Assembly: GCA_045648945.1 (NCBI GenBank)
Contig: JAZROX010000011.1
Span: 4,679-68,678 of the forward strand
From: Candidatus Enterousia sp.
GTDB taxonomy: Bacteria; Pseudomonadota; Alphaproteobacteria; Rs-D84
DNA length: 64,000 bases
Direction of reading: 5' to 3'
Positions 1-10,075 of the stretch are shown piece by piece. Below the pieces are notes generated by a model. It made no database searches, had not been told where the DNA came from, and saw only the letters and a list, made by a program, of their open reading frames with translations. Numbering within the stretch: position 1 is the first letter of the stretch; every line of letters starts with the position of its first letter. A program made the position numbers and the translations under genes.

Positions 1-15
1 TTTGCCCCCACAATA

Positions 16-597
16 TTATTTTTTCTTTGGTGGCGCGAATTGATACGCCTGTTTACAATGTTCATAACAATACGGTTTACCAACGAACACGGTTTTCCCA
101 CAGAAATGAAAATCTTCGGAATCCGGATCGCCAATCGGCCAACGACATTGGTTCGGTTTAAGGTTCGCCATTTCCAACGCATGTTGCACGATACGTTGGT
201 GCACGTTTGTGCCACGCACCGAAATGGAACGCCCCACCGCCTTTTTGGGTTTTTCATCGACAACGACCTTGGTTGTTTTTTTGGACGTTTTATCGGTCGT
301 TTTCGTGGCGGTCTTAACCGGTTTTGTATTTTTTGCGGTTTGCGTCGGTTTAATTGGCTTGGCAGAACGGGCGGGTTTAGTCGGCGGGGCCTTTTTTGCC
401 TTAACCGTCGCCTTTTTAGTCGTTTCTTGTTTAGGCTTTACCGTCGCCGATTCGGAATTCCACCCCATACGGTGCAATTTTCCAACCACCGCATTTTTAG
501 AAATCCCCAGCTTTTTACCGATTTCTGCGGTTGATAAACCCTTGCCAACCAAGGCTTTTAGTTTCTTTAAAATACCATTATCCCAAGACTTGCTCAT
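16..597 (-). CDS. gcrA: GcrA cell-cycle regulator
   Basis: N-terminal HTH (GLSTAEIGKKLGISKNAVVGKLHRMG) and C-terminal CRWPIGDP..FHFCG...PYC..H motif typical of GcrA; long K/T/A-rich linker. Confidence 0.93.
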   Translation of the reverse strand: MSKSWDNGILKKLKALVGKGLSTAEIGKKLGISKNAVVGKLHRMGWNSESATVKPKQETTKKATVKAKKAPPTKPARSAKPIKPTQTAKNTKPVKTATKTTDKTSKKTTKVVVDEKPKKAVGRSISVRGTNVHQRIVQHALEMANLKPNQCRWPIGDPDSEDFHFCGKTVFVGKPYCYEHCKQAYQFAPPKKK

Positions 598-670
598 TTT
601 CTATAAACCTTCATCGCTTTATATGATACAATAAGTGTATCATAAAATCGATTCGAAACGCAAGGAGGAA

Positions 671-1153
671 ATGATGTTTTTATACATATTTTATGCAATG
701 TTTATATTGCTGATAACACTGGCCATTTATTTGGCGTTTAAAATCGGTGCGGCCGATATGCGACGCAGAATTATCCCGGATGCCTATCTTTTTCCGTTGA
801 TGATAATTGGCGCAATTTTAACTACGTTTTTTCCATGGCCACATGATATAGGTGCGGGTGTCATCGGGATGGCGTTTGGATACATAATGGCGGCGGTAAT
901 CGGGTTGTTGTTTGACAAGATAATAACCAAAAACAATCCATCGGCCGAAACACCAATTGGCATGGGCGACATAAAACTTATTTCTGTGGGCGGATTGTGG
1001 TGTGGCCCGACCGGATTGGCGATCGCGTTGGTATTGGCATGCATATTCGGTGCAACATGGGCATATCGCAAAAAACAAAAATTTATTCCTTTTGCGCCTT
1101 TTTTCATAATCGGTGGATTTTTATCTTTGATTATAACCGCATTTTTGGTATAA
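671..1153 (+). CDS. A24-family prepilin peptidase
   Basis: Multi-TM protein with D...IIPD and GMGDIKL aspartate motifs, C-terminal IPFAPF; AGGAGG RBS before ATG at 671. Confidence 0.85.
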   Translation: MMFLYIFYAMFILLITLAIYLAFKIGAADMRRRIIPDAYLFPLMIIGAILTTFFPWPHDIGAGVIGMAFGYIMAAVIGLLFDKIITKNNPSAETPIGMGDIKLISVGGLWCGPTGLAIALVLACIFGATWAYRKKQKFIPFAPFFIIGGFLSLIITAFLV

Positions 1154-1154
1154 T

Positions 1155-2777
1155 GTGTCAGATAAAAGGGCAGAGAGATTGAGTGAACCAAACCGTATTT
1201 TAACCACGTTGATTTTGGGCGCCTGTTGCGCGCCGGTTGTATGTGCGGCACAAAATGCGCCAACGTTTATGTCCAAGTATGGTGAAATACAGTCCGTAAA
1301 TAAATATTCATCAAATCCCTTTTGGAACAGCAATAGCCCATATAACCAACGTTTCCCGCAACCAATTTATGCAACCGGTCCGGATGTGAATACCGGCGAT
1401 TGCAACCGAATCGTTCAAAACTTGATTGCCGAATATTGCGCCGATCGAAATAATTGTTCGAATCTGCGTATATCGGATGTTCGGCCGGTTGTTATGGTTC
1501 AATTGTCGCAATTGCCGGGGCATAATTTTGCAACGTCTTGCGGTGGATATATTGATTCTGTGTTTGAAGATTATAAGAAATCATACGGCAACACGTCCGC
1601 GGTTAATGTTGTTAAGCCGGCGTCTCAGACACAGCAAGTGGTGCAAATCGAAAACCCGTTTAAGCAAAAAAAATCTGAATACGAAATTGGTATCGCGGAA
1701 CGTGCGGCGGAATTGGAAAACCTTCAGCGCGTGACCACGTCGGCCGCGACAGTAACGGCAACAGAGTTTCCAAAAACGATTGATGATTTGTCTTTTACCG
1801 ACCGTATGGCCAATACAACCGCGGGATATGAACCGTATAGTAATCTGAATCCATATAAAATACCAACATTCGAAAGCGAAAAAGAATATGCCGAACGCAC
1901 GAAATCGTCATCGGAATCCAATGCAACAAATAAAAAGCCCGGCGACAAGACGACCGCGCCGGATGGAACCGATGGTGGTGCAACATATAACCCGGACGAT
2001 GTTCCAACGTGTCTTGCAAAATTAACCAATGATTCGACGTTGGTTTCAGCAATTAATTCTAAAATGTTCGGTGCACGCAAGGTAAGTACCGAAGAATTAA
2101 AAATACGCCAGGCATACACCCCAATTGCCCAGGCTGCATATGATTATTGTGTGGGCAAGGCGTCCGCCCAGGAGGTATCCGAATTTAATCATTGGATTGA
2201 CGGTCATGATACCTTGCCAATCAAATTAAAAATAAATAATGAAGAACATACATTGGAATTTAATGCCGAAGAATTGTTCGATCATTTTAGTGGATTTTTT
2301 GTGCCAATCCTTATTAAACGTGATGCCACGGTAAATGCGGCGCAACCCCAAACTATATTGACCGATGCAAATCTTAGTACTGATAATATATCCGGTTCTT
2401 GTTCTACCAAGTTTTATGCGTTTGGTAATATGGCGGGCGCGGTTGAACGTTTCGGGTCGGTGACCGGATTGCAAAGCGCCGCCAAAGAGGCATATAACAT
2501 TGCGCGTGCAATATATTTCCAAAATAACAAAGGCGTAATTGTATACAGGATGGATAATGTTGTTGTTGATGTCCTTTTGCCGGTTGGCCCGGTGACCAGC
2601 AAACCCACAGGCATCCGCGACACGAACTATATCGCCGCGCGTCGGAAAATAAAGACATTTGCCGAAAAATTAAAGGCAACATCTTGCACCAATCAAAATC
2701 TGTCCGTATTGTTGGTTGTGCCAAAAGACAAAGACGGGTCGGAATTGATTGTAAAAAGTGAACCGTTCTTCATATAG
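1155..2777 (+). CDS. hypothetical secreted protein
   Basis: 540-aa ORF with signal-peptide-like N-terminus; shares a ~47-aa FPKT..DL...DR motif with the ORF at 10076-11209; start codon uncertain. Confidence 0.75.
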   Translation: MSDKRAERLSEPNRILTTLILGACCAPVVCAAQNAPTFMSKYGEIQSVNKYSSNPFWNSNSPYNQRFPQPIYATGPDVNTGDCNRIVQNLIAEYCADRNNCSNLRISDVRPVVMVQLSQLPGHNFATSCGGYIDSVFEDYKKSYGNTSAVNVVKPASQTQQVVQIENPFKQKKSEYEIGIAERAAELENLQRVTTSAATVTATEFPKTIDDLSFTDRMANTTAGYEPYSNLNPYKIPTFESEKEYAERTKSSSESNATNKKPGDKTTAPDGTDGGATYNPDDVPTCLAKLTNDSTLVSAINSKMFGARKVSTEELKIRQAYTPIAQAAYDYCVGKASAQEVSEFNHWIDGHDTLPIKLKINNEEHTLEFNAEELFDHFSGFFVPILIKRDATVNAAQPQTILTDANLSTDNISGSCSTKFYAFGNMAGAVERFGSVTGLQSAAKEAYNIARAIYFQNNKGVIVYRMDNVVVDVLLPVGPVTSKPTGIRDTNYIAARRKIKTFAEKLKATSCTNQNLSVLLVVPKDKDGSELIVKSEPFFI

Positions 2778-2784
2778 TCATATA

Positions 2785-4707
2785 ATGAAAAAATTTTTAT
2801 TTTTTCTTTTTGTGTTTCCGTGGACTGCGTTTGCGGCGGGTGATATAAACACTACGGCAGAATTGTTGCGTATGTCGACGCAAGTGGTTGATACAACATG
2901 TGCCACAACCGAATTTAACAATGCGTTGGCGGAAAATGCGGATATGGTATCTGAATCTGATGATCGGGATGTGGTGCGTGATTGGGTTTATGATATTTTG
3001 CAATCGCCCGAGGTTTTGGGGAACGTTCTTTCATGTCCGGAAATTGCCGATGCAGAAGAAACCGCAACACTGTTTATGCCGATAAAATATACTTTTCCCG
3101 GCGGGCGCACAATTGAAATAAACTATGAAACCCAACCAAAGGTTTTGAATCAAAGGTTTATGTTGGCAACAAAAACTGAATTGCCGACCGATGATCCAAA
3201 TCCGGAAATAAGCGCCACCGACGAACACGCAACATGGGTGAACACGGACCCGGCGTGGTATGGCATTATGGTGACCCAATCGGGTGCATTGCGCGACTTT
3301 GTAGGACCGGACAAAAATAACACTGTTTCCGTTAAATGGGTGGAAGACAATATTGAAAAACTTTATCCAAAAAACTCTGACGGTTGGTGTTCCACCAAAA
3401 CCGGAATAGGCGCCAAGGTAAACAATGCGATGGTGCATAATGTTATTCGTGAACGCACCGCCGATATCGAAGGCGACAAAAATAATTACTATATTGCGGG
3501 TGACCGTGACCTGCGTTGGATTTCCGTGGCGGAAATCGCCGTTGATATTGTTCTTTCCATTGTGTCATACGGTGGTTATGCCGTGGCATCGGGGGCAATA
3601 AAGGGCGCGCGTGCCGCACGTACCGCGTCGAAACTTGGCAAATCCATGAAAACATTGACCAAGGTTGATAAAGTTCAAGATTATATCAAGGCGTCCGCAA
3701 AAATGCACAAGGTTATGCGCAACAGTGAAAACGCCGAAAAATTCGCAAAATCTTTTAAAAATGTCGCAAAATTGGAAGAACGCCTGGCCAAGACATCCAA
3801 AGGCAGCAGCAAATATAAAATCATAGAAAAACAATTGGAAAGCGCGCGCAAATTGCACCTGGACAATGCGAAAAAGTTGGGCCAGGGCGCAGACAATTTT
3901 AAAACCGTCAAAGATTTGGATAAATTAGAAGACCTTAAAAAAGTCAATGCCCAAGAAATTGAAAAAATGCAAAAAGAAATGGCGAACATGGCCAAAAACA
4001 GCGACGATGTTGCCGAATTTGTCAAAGAATATGATGCACTTAAAGATGTTATGAAATATTCCAAAGAATTAAAATCTTTCAAAGCTGCACGCACCGGAAA
4101 TGTTGCATCCCGCACATGGCAGGGTGCAAAGAACATTGGCAAAAGCGCCAAGGCCGCGCGTGGTGGGACAAAAACATTGGACCGCGCATCACGGGTTGCA
4201 CGCCAGGCATCCAAGTCCGGTCGTGCGCGCGATTGGTTGTTCCATTCGACAATGCGCAATGCGGCCCGTATTACGCGCCTGGGGGCAGATTTGGCGGCGT
4301 TGAATTTTGTTATCGGACTTATTGGTGGATTTTACGATTGGGCGGGGACAGAATCCGACGAATACACCAATGGTATATCAATCAAACCATTTTTGTTATT
4401 ATCCGCGGATTCAATCGCGGACCAAGACAATGTCGTGAATTACGGAGTGTGGTTAATGTGGTCGGGCGATTCAACAAACGGCGCCGACGATGATACCGCG
4501 TACCTGCAGGCGATGGATTTTGCACAAAAGTTTTATCAAGATCTGAGCGAGACGCAAGATGAAACCGGTCGTCATGCATGCGATGTTGATATTTATGTTG
4601 TGCGTCCGGTAATTCGTAACCCCGGCGCGAACCAAGAATTGTATTGGTTATTCATGAACGACGAACCTTGGTCCACCGCGGCCGTGCCGGCGATGGCCAC
4701 GCGATAA
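2785..4707 (+). CDS. hypothetical secreted protein with two hydrophobic segments and a central Lys-rich coiled coil
   Basis: Signal peptide MKKFLFFLFVFPWTAFA; hydrophobic segments IAVDIVLSIVSYGG and LAALNFVIGLIGG flank a coiled coil. Confidence 0.8.
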   Translation: MKKFLFFLFVFPWTAFAAGDINTTAELLRMSTQVVDTTCATTEFNNALAENADMVSESDDRDVVRDWVYDILQSPEVLGNVLSCPEIADAEETATLFMPIKYTFPGGRTIEINYETQPKVLNQRFMLATKTELPTDDPNPEISATDEHATWVNTDPAWYGIMVTQSGALRDFVGPDKNNTVSVKWVEDNIEKLYPKNSDGWCSTKTGIGAKVNNAMVHNVIRERTADIEGDKNNYYIAGDRDLRWISVAEIAVDIVLSIVSYGGYAVASGAIKGARAARTASKLGKSMKTLTKVDKVQDYIKASAKMHKVMRNSENAEKFAKSFKNVAKLEERLAKTSKGSSKYKIIEKQLESARKLHLDNAKKLGQGADNFKTVKDLDKLEDLKKVNAQEIEKMQKEMANMAKNSDDVAEFVKEYDALKDVMKYSKELKSFKAARTGNVASRTWQGAKNIGKSAKAARGGTKTLDRASRVARQASKSGRARDWLFHSTMRNAARITRLGADLAALNFVIGLIGGFYDWAGTESDEYTNGISIKPFLLLSADSIADQDNVVNYGVWLMWSGDSTNGADDDTAYLQAMDFAQKFYQDLSETQDETGRHACDVDIYVVRPVIRNPGANQELYWLFMNDEPWSTAAVPAMATR

Positions 4708-4766
4708 AAAACCTGTTGTAAAACCGTATAAATTTTTATAGAATGAAAAAAAGCAAGGGGGTTAAG

Positions 4767-5084
4767 ATGAAAAAAATTATTACCGTGTTTTTGTTGAGTA
4801 TGACGACGGCTATGTCGGCCCACGCGTACCAAGTTATGTCTTCCAAAGAATTGGGCAAAAATGACGCCAAGAACCAAAACGTTGTTGTAAAATGCACGAC
4901 CGATTTGGGCAAATTGTCGAACCAAACGTGTTCACTGCGCCGGTATGTAAAATGCACCGGCACGGGCACCAAGAAAACATGTTCCGGGTGGCAGGGATGG
5001 CGTGATTTGCGTAACCCGGAAAAACAGTATTCTGATTGGAAAACCGCCGCATCGGCATGTTGCCGTGCGTTGGGCCTGCGTTAA
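4767..5084 (+). CDS. small Cys-rich secreted hypothetical protein
   Basis: Signal peptide ending AHA, 6 Cys, RBS-like AAGGGGG, followed by a terminator. Confidence 0.7.
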   Translation: MKKIITVFLLSMTTAMSAHAYQVMSSKELGKNDAKNQNVVVKCTTDLGKLSNQTCSLRRYVKCTGTGTKKTCSGWQGWRDLRNPEKQYSDWKTAASACCRALGLR

Positions 5085-5103
5085 AGTTGTTTAACCATTA
5101 TTC

Positions 5104-5132
5104 AAACACACCGGCAAATGCCGGTGTGTTTT
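5104..5132. terminator. bidirectional intrinsic terminator
   Basis: aaacacaccggc-aaat-gccggtgtgttt between convergent genes. Confidence 0.75.
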
Positions 5133-5167
5133 GTTTCAAATAATAAATTATCTGGAATTTGTTTCCG

Positions 5168-5220
5168 GGTCTACTCCGTCACACTTCGTGTGCCGCCTCT
5201 TCAGGAAACCTGAAGGGGAT
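5168..5220 (+). repeat. REP-like double-hairpin repeat (CTACYCC-hairpin-CCYCTTCA-Nn-TGAAGGGGA)
   Basis: Same element recurs at ~8527, 9704, 9791, 27951, 29093, 33703, 45248 and 63136. Confidence 0.8.
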
Positions 5221-5226
5221 TATTTA

Positions 5227-5679
5227 TTAAAACGGGATATCGTCACCGATTTCGGAAATCGACATTTCTTCGGCCGGTGCCGGTGTCGGCGCGGACGTTG
5301 CACCACCGGACATCGCATCCATCGCCTTGGCACCCGACAAAATTACCATTGTGCCGGCGAATTGATTCAATACGACCTCGGTCGTGAAGGTATCGATACC
5401 TTGTTGATTTTGCCATTTACGCGTGCGCAGCGCGCCTTCGATATAAAGTTTTGTTCCCTTTTGCAGCATGCGTTCTGCAACCTCGACCAGATTCGGATTA
5501 AAGATAACGACGCGGTGCCATTCGGTTTGTTCTTTCTGTTCGCCGGTTGTGCGATCGCGCCACCGATCGGATGTTGCCAGTGAAAAACTTACCACCTTTT
5601 GTCCGCTTTGCATTGTGCGGATTTGCGGGTCTTGACCCACGTTACCAACCAATATTACTTTGTTTATACTTCCTGCCAT
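5227..5679 (-). CDS. ssb: single-stranded DNA-binding protein
   Basis: [18 protein letters not shown]...TEWHRVV, C-terminal DDIPF. Confidence 0.97.
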   Translation of the reverse strand: MAGSINKVILVGNVGQDPQIRTMQSGQKVVSFSLATSDRWRDRTTGEQKEQTEWHRVVIFNPNLVEVAERMLQKGTKLYIEGALRTRKWQNQQGIDTFTTEVVLNQFAGTMVILSGAKAMDAMSGGATSAPTPAPAEEMSISEIGDDIPF

Positions 5680-5845
5680 TTTTCTTTCCTTTGTTTCATG
5701 TGTTTCTATTGAAGCAATATTTGAAATTAAATGCAAGAAAAATCCGATGACTTGACTTTTTGCACGTAATGTATTATAATAGTGGCACAAAAAGCGACGC
5801 GTTCTGTGTCGTGGGAAATTTCCAGATATTAAAAAGGACTTTTTT

Positions 5846-7114
5846 ATGCATGTAAATGAGATCAAGGCTAAGTCGCCGCAACAGTTGTTGAAAATGGCCG
5901 AAGATATGGGTATCGAAAACCCGTCACAATTAAATGTGCAACAATTACGGTTTGCCGTTATGCGCGGATTTGCGGCCGATAAAAAGATAACACTTATTGG
6001 AGATGGCGTGTTGGAACGTATGCAGGACGGGTTCGGATTCCTGCGCGCGCCGGAAAGCAATTATTTGGCCGGGCCGGACGATTTGTATGTGTCGCCGAAT
6101 TTGGTCAAAAAATACGGCCTTAAGACCGGGGATTATGTCGAAGGGCAAATTCAGGCGCCGCAAAACGAATCGGAACGGTATTTCGCGTTGGAAACGATTG
6201 AGCGCGTAAATGGCGATAATCCGGAAAAATTGCGGCATCGTGTTTCTTTTGACGATATGACACCCCTGTATCCAGAAGAACAATTAAAGATGGAGGTGGT
6301 TGGTGATACGGACAAAGGGCGCAACCTGTCCGCGCGTGTAATCGACCTTATATCGCCGACGGGACGCGGGCAACGTTCGCTGATTGTGGCGCCACCGCGG
6401 ACCGGTAAAACGGTTATGTTGCAAAATATTGCACATTCCATCGCGACGAATTATCCCGAGGTGAAACTTATCGTATTGTTGATTGATGAACGCCCCGAAG
6501 AGGTGACAGATATGCAGCGCAGTGTCAAGGGCGAGGTTATTTCTTCCACGTTCGATGAACCCGCGACACGGCATATCCAGGTCGCAGAAATGGTTATTGA
6601 AAAGGCGAAACGCTTGGTCGAAGCCGGACAAGACGTTGTGATTTTGTTGGATTCTATCACACGTTTGGGCCGTGCGTATAACACCGTTGTCCCGTCCAGT
6701 GGCAAGGTTTTGACCGGTGGTGTCGATGCGTACGCGTTGCAACGTCCAAAGCGGTTCTTTGGTGCCGCGCGTAATATCGAAGGTGGCGGCAGTTTAACGA
6801 TTATCGCGACCGCCTTGGTCGATACGGGTTCCAAAATGGACGAAGTTATTTTCGAAGAATTCAAAGGAACCGGGAACAGCGAAATCATCCTTGACCGGAA
6901 ATTGTCCGATAAACGTGTTTATCCGGCGATTGATATTACCAAGTCCGGCACGCGCAAGGAAGATTTGTTGGTTGGCAAAGACATCCTTTCGAAAATGTAT
7001 GTGTTGCGGCGCATTATCAATCCGATGGGCACGTTAGAGGCGATGGAGTTCTTGTTGGATAAACTGCGCGTGACAAAAACGAATTCGGATTTCTTTAATT
7101 CGATGAATCAATAA
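5846..7114 (+). CDS. rho: transcription termination factor Rho
   Basis: [16 protein letters not shown]-loop, [21 protein letters not shown]. Confidence 0.99.
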   Translation: MHVNEIKAKSPQQLLKMAEDMGIENPSQLNVQQLRFAVMRGFAADKKITLIGDGVLERMQDGFGFLRAPESNYLAGPDDLYVSPNLVKKYGLKTGDYVEGQIQAPQNESERYFALETIERVNGDNPEKLRHRVSFDDMTPLYPEEQLKMEVVGDTDKGRNLSARVIDLISPTGRGQRSLIVAPPRTGKTVMLQNIAHSIATNYPEVKLIVLLIDERPEEVTDMQRSVKGEVISSTFDEPATRHIQVAEMVIEKAKRLVEAGQDVVILLDSITRLGRAYNTVVPSSGKVLTGGVDAYALQRPKRFFGAARNIEGGGSLTIIATALVDTGSKMDEVIFEEFKGTGNSEIILDRKLSDKRVYPAIDITKSGTRKEDLLVGKDILSKMYVLRRIINPMGTLEAMEFLLDKLRVTKTNSDFFNSMNQ

Positions 7115-7117
7115 AGT

Positions 7118-7142
7118 AAGCGCACCAAACGGTGCGTTTTTT
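7118..7142 (+). terminator. intrinsic terminator after rho
   Basis: gcgcacc-aaac-ggtgcgt followed by a T-tract. Confidence 0.65.
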
Positions 7143-7155
7143 GTTGGGGGAAAAT

Positions 7156-7380
7156 ATGAGGAAATATTTAATTATTGCCGTCGCGGTAATTATCGCGGGG
7201 GCATATTTTTTTGGTCTGCGCATGGGGCGCATGAAGTGCGAAATGAATTCTGTGCGTGCCAATATGGGCGAAATAATAAGTGTTTCAGATATAAAAAGGA
7301 ATACAGATGAAAAGGTTTTTAATACCGGTGTTGGCGATATTCGTCGCATCTTGCGCACAAAATATACCATCGCAGAATAA
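7156..7380 (+). CDS. putative i-spanin-like (Rz-like) inner-membrane protein
   Basis: 74 aa, single N-terminal TM then helical domain with one Cys; 3' end overlaps a lipoprotein gene in another frame. Confidence 0.55.
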   Translation: MRKYLIIAVAVIIAGAYFFGLRMGRMKCEMNSVRANMGEIISVSDIKRNTDEKVFNTGVGDIRRILRTKYTIAE

Positions 7381-7504
7381 GGCGGTGTGCGCGATGTCTT
7401 GCGATATAATTCGCGGGCGTGCAAATGATTGGGTTGTGATAAGTGACGATTTGGCGCGGAATATTTATCGGCATAATTTGATGTGCGAAAACGTGACGCA
7501 ATAA
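7307..7504 (+). CDS. putative o-spanin-like (Rz1-like) lipoprotein
   Basis: 65 aa, lipobox VASC, C-terminal ISDDLARNIYRHNLMC resembles the R.I..HN...C pattern of o-spanins. Confidence 0.6.
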   Translation: MKRFLIPVLAIFVASCAQNIPSQNKAVCAMSCDIIRGRANDWVVISDDLARNIYRHNLMCENVTQ

Positions 7505-8467
7505 TTATTCGCTGTAATGTTCAATCACGGCCTCGGCCGCGGTTTTAAGGCGTTCCAAAGAATTTTCATATGTGGCACAGTCGCGCGAAATCTGGGACCG
7601 GTACGCGTCGCGCAGATTTGAAGACATGTATGCGCATGCGCGCAGATGCTGCATACAATACTGGTGCCCGATGATAAATGCGTTTTGTCCGCGCATACGT
7701 TCCGACGGTTCGGGCCAATCTATGTTTAGCGCGTTGTCCAATTTGGTCCATGAATTTTCGCCGGCATAGTTTCCAACCACACTCATCCAATACTCATTCA
7801 TTTCAGATTCGGTCCATGTGCCGCCACCACGCAAATTGATGATTTGCAAAATCAGTTCGTTTATTGTTGGTTGATATTGAGAATCAATTTGGGCCAATTT
7901 CGCACTGCAATAGCATCGATTATATGCGGCATTTTCGCGTTCACAGTATCCATTCATACACGCGGTATAGTCGGCCAGACAACGCGAAGACGATACGCCC
8001 CCGTTTGTAACGGTTGTAACCGTTTCCGTTGCGCGGGTCGAATCGCCGTCACGTGCGCCACGTGTGGTTGAACGCGCAAGTGTTGTTGGGGTTGCGTTTG
8101 TCGCGGCGCGTGCGGTCGTGCCCGATTTTGCCGTGCGTGGAACTACGCGACGCGTGGATTGTGTTGTCGCCGTCGGGGTGGCGGTGCGTGCCGCGGTGGT
8201 CGCAGAATTTGCGGGCTTTGCCGTGCGTGGCACGACGCGACGTTGATTTGGCATGGCCTTGGTCTTGACCACCACGTCGATTGGATTGTTTACCATATTG
8301 ACCGTTGTGCCGGGGTTCATTTCCGTGCGCATTTTGTTGTTCAGATATGGATACATATACGCATAAGATTGTGGATCAACGTATTTTGATACGCGCCCAC
8401 GAGTTGTCGCGGCGACCGCGTTGGTGCACAGTAAAATCGCGAATAAAACGGCAAATATCCTTTCCAT
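7505..8467 (-). CDS. secreted Cys-rich hypothetical protein (paralogue of 11939-14704)
   Basis: Signal peptide, T/R/A-rich linker, then C..Y..CM...C......RC.CS motif shared with 11939-14704. Confidence 0.8.
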   Translation of the reverse strand: MERIFAVLFAILLCTNAVAATTRGRVSKYVDPQSYAYMYPYLNNKMRTEMNPGTTVNMVNNPIDVVVKTKAMPNQRRVVPRTAKPANSATTAARTATPTATTQSTRRVVPRTAKSGTTARAATNATPTTLARSTTRGARDGDSTRATETVTTVTNGGVSSSRCLADYTACMNGYCERENAAYNRCYCSAKLAQIDSQYQPTINELILQIINLRGGGTWTESEMNEYWMSVVGNYAGENSWTKLDNALNIDWPEPSERMRGQNAFIIGHQYCMQHLRACAYMSSNLRDAYRSQISRDCATYENSLERLKTAAEAVIEHYSE

Positions 8468-8526
8468 GTTCTGTATTCTAATGCAAATGACGATACGTAA
8501 CAATAAAAAAATGCAATGGCGGTTAG

Positions 8527-8643
8527 AAGTCCCCTTCAGATACTGAAGGGGGGGACCGGCGGAGCCGGCCTGTCTCGGCGGAGCGTAGCGAAGACGGATG
8601 GGGTAGACCCAGAAACAAGTTCCAGATAATTTGTTATTTGAAA
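8527..8643 (-). repeat. REP-like double-hairpin repeat with internal insert and AT-rich flank shared with 5133-5220
   Basis: 8600-8643 is a near reverse complement of 5133-5177. Confidence 0.8.
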
Positions 8644-8691
8644 TTAAACACATCAGCATTTGCCAGTGTTTTCATATAAAATCAAATTCAA

Positions 8692-9666
8692 CTAATTTCC
8701 GCTTGGCAAATAAAGGTTTTGAACCGGCCCAGCGATAAAATTCCCCGTGCCAGAATTGGTAAAGAAAGTATTTGTGACCGTATCGTACATACCCAACACT
8801 CCGTCACTATCACGTTTGGCGGGGATATAATCACGAGTAAGTGAGTTATTATTATAAATTTTAAAATAGTACATTTTAATTTTTCCGGGCACAGATGCGC
8901 TACCAGACCTGTTTAATGCGAACAGGTACATAGTATATGGCACGGTAAAACTGGTTGGATTACGAACTATTGGTGGTTGAGATACGCCATTGATAGAATA
9001 GTTTATAACGTTTTTATTCCAATCTATTTGGACTATATCATTCAGTTGCACAGAATTACCGAAAGTATAATTATTGTAGTTGAATTCAAGTTTGCTAATC
9101 CAAACATAGAGTTCAAAATTTTTATAAAGGTAACTTTCACCTGCACCAAAAAATACGTTTTCATCATCTGCCATAGAATTAATTTGAACCCTTGTTTGAA
9201 CGCCGGTTGCATTGGATGGTGTATAACCTGTATCAATCCATTGTGTACCGGTGCTTTCGATATATTCCAATGGGGTGTATCCGGCGGGCAAAGTCGGTTG
9301 TTGGGGCACCCCACGGATTTCCACCAACAAACAATCTTTGGTCGGGTCGTTGTCCACCCACGCTATACATTGAAATTCCGCCTCGATAGCGTTTTGAACG
9401 GCGGCGTTCATTGTTGCGGCGTCGACCAAGGATTCCATCTGGGCCGCATATTCGCCCGTCGCGTTATAAATTTCCCGGGTGCCAACGGTGCCGGCGGTAC
9501 CGGTATTTGTTAAAACCTGTGCTGTGCCATCGTTTGCGGGAATTTTATCCTGTTTTAATGCAACGGCGGTGTCAACGAATGCCTTACTGGTTGCAACATT
9601 TTCACCCGCCGCAAACGCCGCCCCCACACACAATGCACAGATTACCGATATCAAAAATTTTCTCAT
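8692..9666 (-). CDS. secreted fibre/adhesin-like protein, family member A
   Basis: Signal peptide, conserved GENVATSKAFVDTAV stalk, LP.GYT.LEYIESTGTQ.ID...IPA.RDSDG.LGMYD head domain; 4 paralogues in window. Confidence 0.85.
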   Translation of the reverse strand: MRKFLISVICALCVGAAFAAGENVATSKAFVDTAVALKQDKIPANDGTAQVLTNTGTAGTVGTREIYNATGEYAAQMESLVDAATMNAAVQNAIEAEFQCIAWVDNDPTKDCLLVEIRGVPQQPTLPAGYTPLEYIESTGTQWIDTGYTPSNATGVQTRVQINSMADDENVFFGAGESYLYKNFELYVWISKLEFNYNNYTFGNSVQLNDIVQIDWNKNVINYSINGVSQPPIVRNPTSFTVPYTMYLFALNRSGSASVPGKIKMYYFKIYNNNSLTRDYIPAKRDSDGVLGMYDTVTNTFFTNSGTGNFIAGPVQNLYLPSGN

Positions 9667-9686
9667 AAACCTCTCCTTTTCCTTCT

Positions 9687-9885
9687 CGTCATCCCGGCGC
9701 GGTAATTCCCCTTCAGGTTTCCTGAAGGGGGGACCGCGGGACGCGGTGGGGTAGACTGAGGCGAAAGCCTCGGCGCCCTTGGCGCCCCAACTACCCCGCC
9801 ACTTCCAGTGGCCCTCCCCTTCTTCATAAGAAGGGGACTTTTGGCCCGCGATTCGCCGGGATGACGGGTCTGCGCCGGGATGACG
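9687..9885. repeat. nested palindromic repeat cluster
   Basis: cgtcatcccggcg (9687) ... cgccgggatgacg (9854, repeated ~9873) enclosing two inverted REP-like units (9704-9756, 9791-9842). Confidence 0.8.
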
Positions 9886-10075
9886 CCCTTTATTTTTATA
9901 TAAAAAGACTGTAGCAAAAAGGAACGTTTGTGCCCACCCGGGGACCCCTTGAAAAAACAAAGTAAAATCAATGGTCGAATTTTTTAAAAAAGATGTGGAC
10001 ACAAACGTTCGTTTATGCCCAGGTTACGAATCACGCCAACCCGGCGGATTTCCGCCAGGTGAGGATCGTTTGGAT

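Noticed and set aside
9667-10002. N-terminal extensions in the ORF track for 8692..10002, 45142..46293, 7505..8659 and 5227..6060
   Set aside because: They are read-through of palindromic repeats, leaders or the opposite-strand rho gene; RBS, signal peptides and paralogue alignment put the starts at 9666, 45316, 8467 and 5679.
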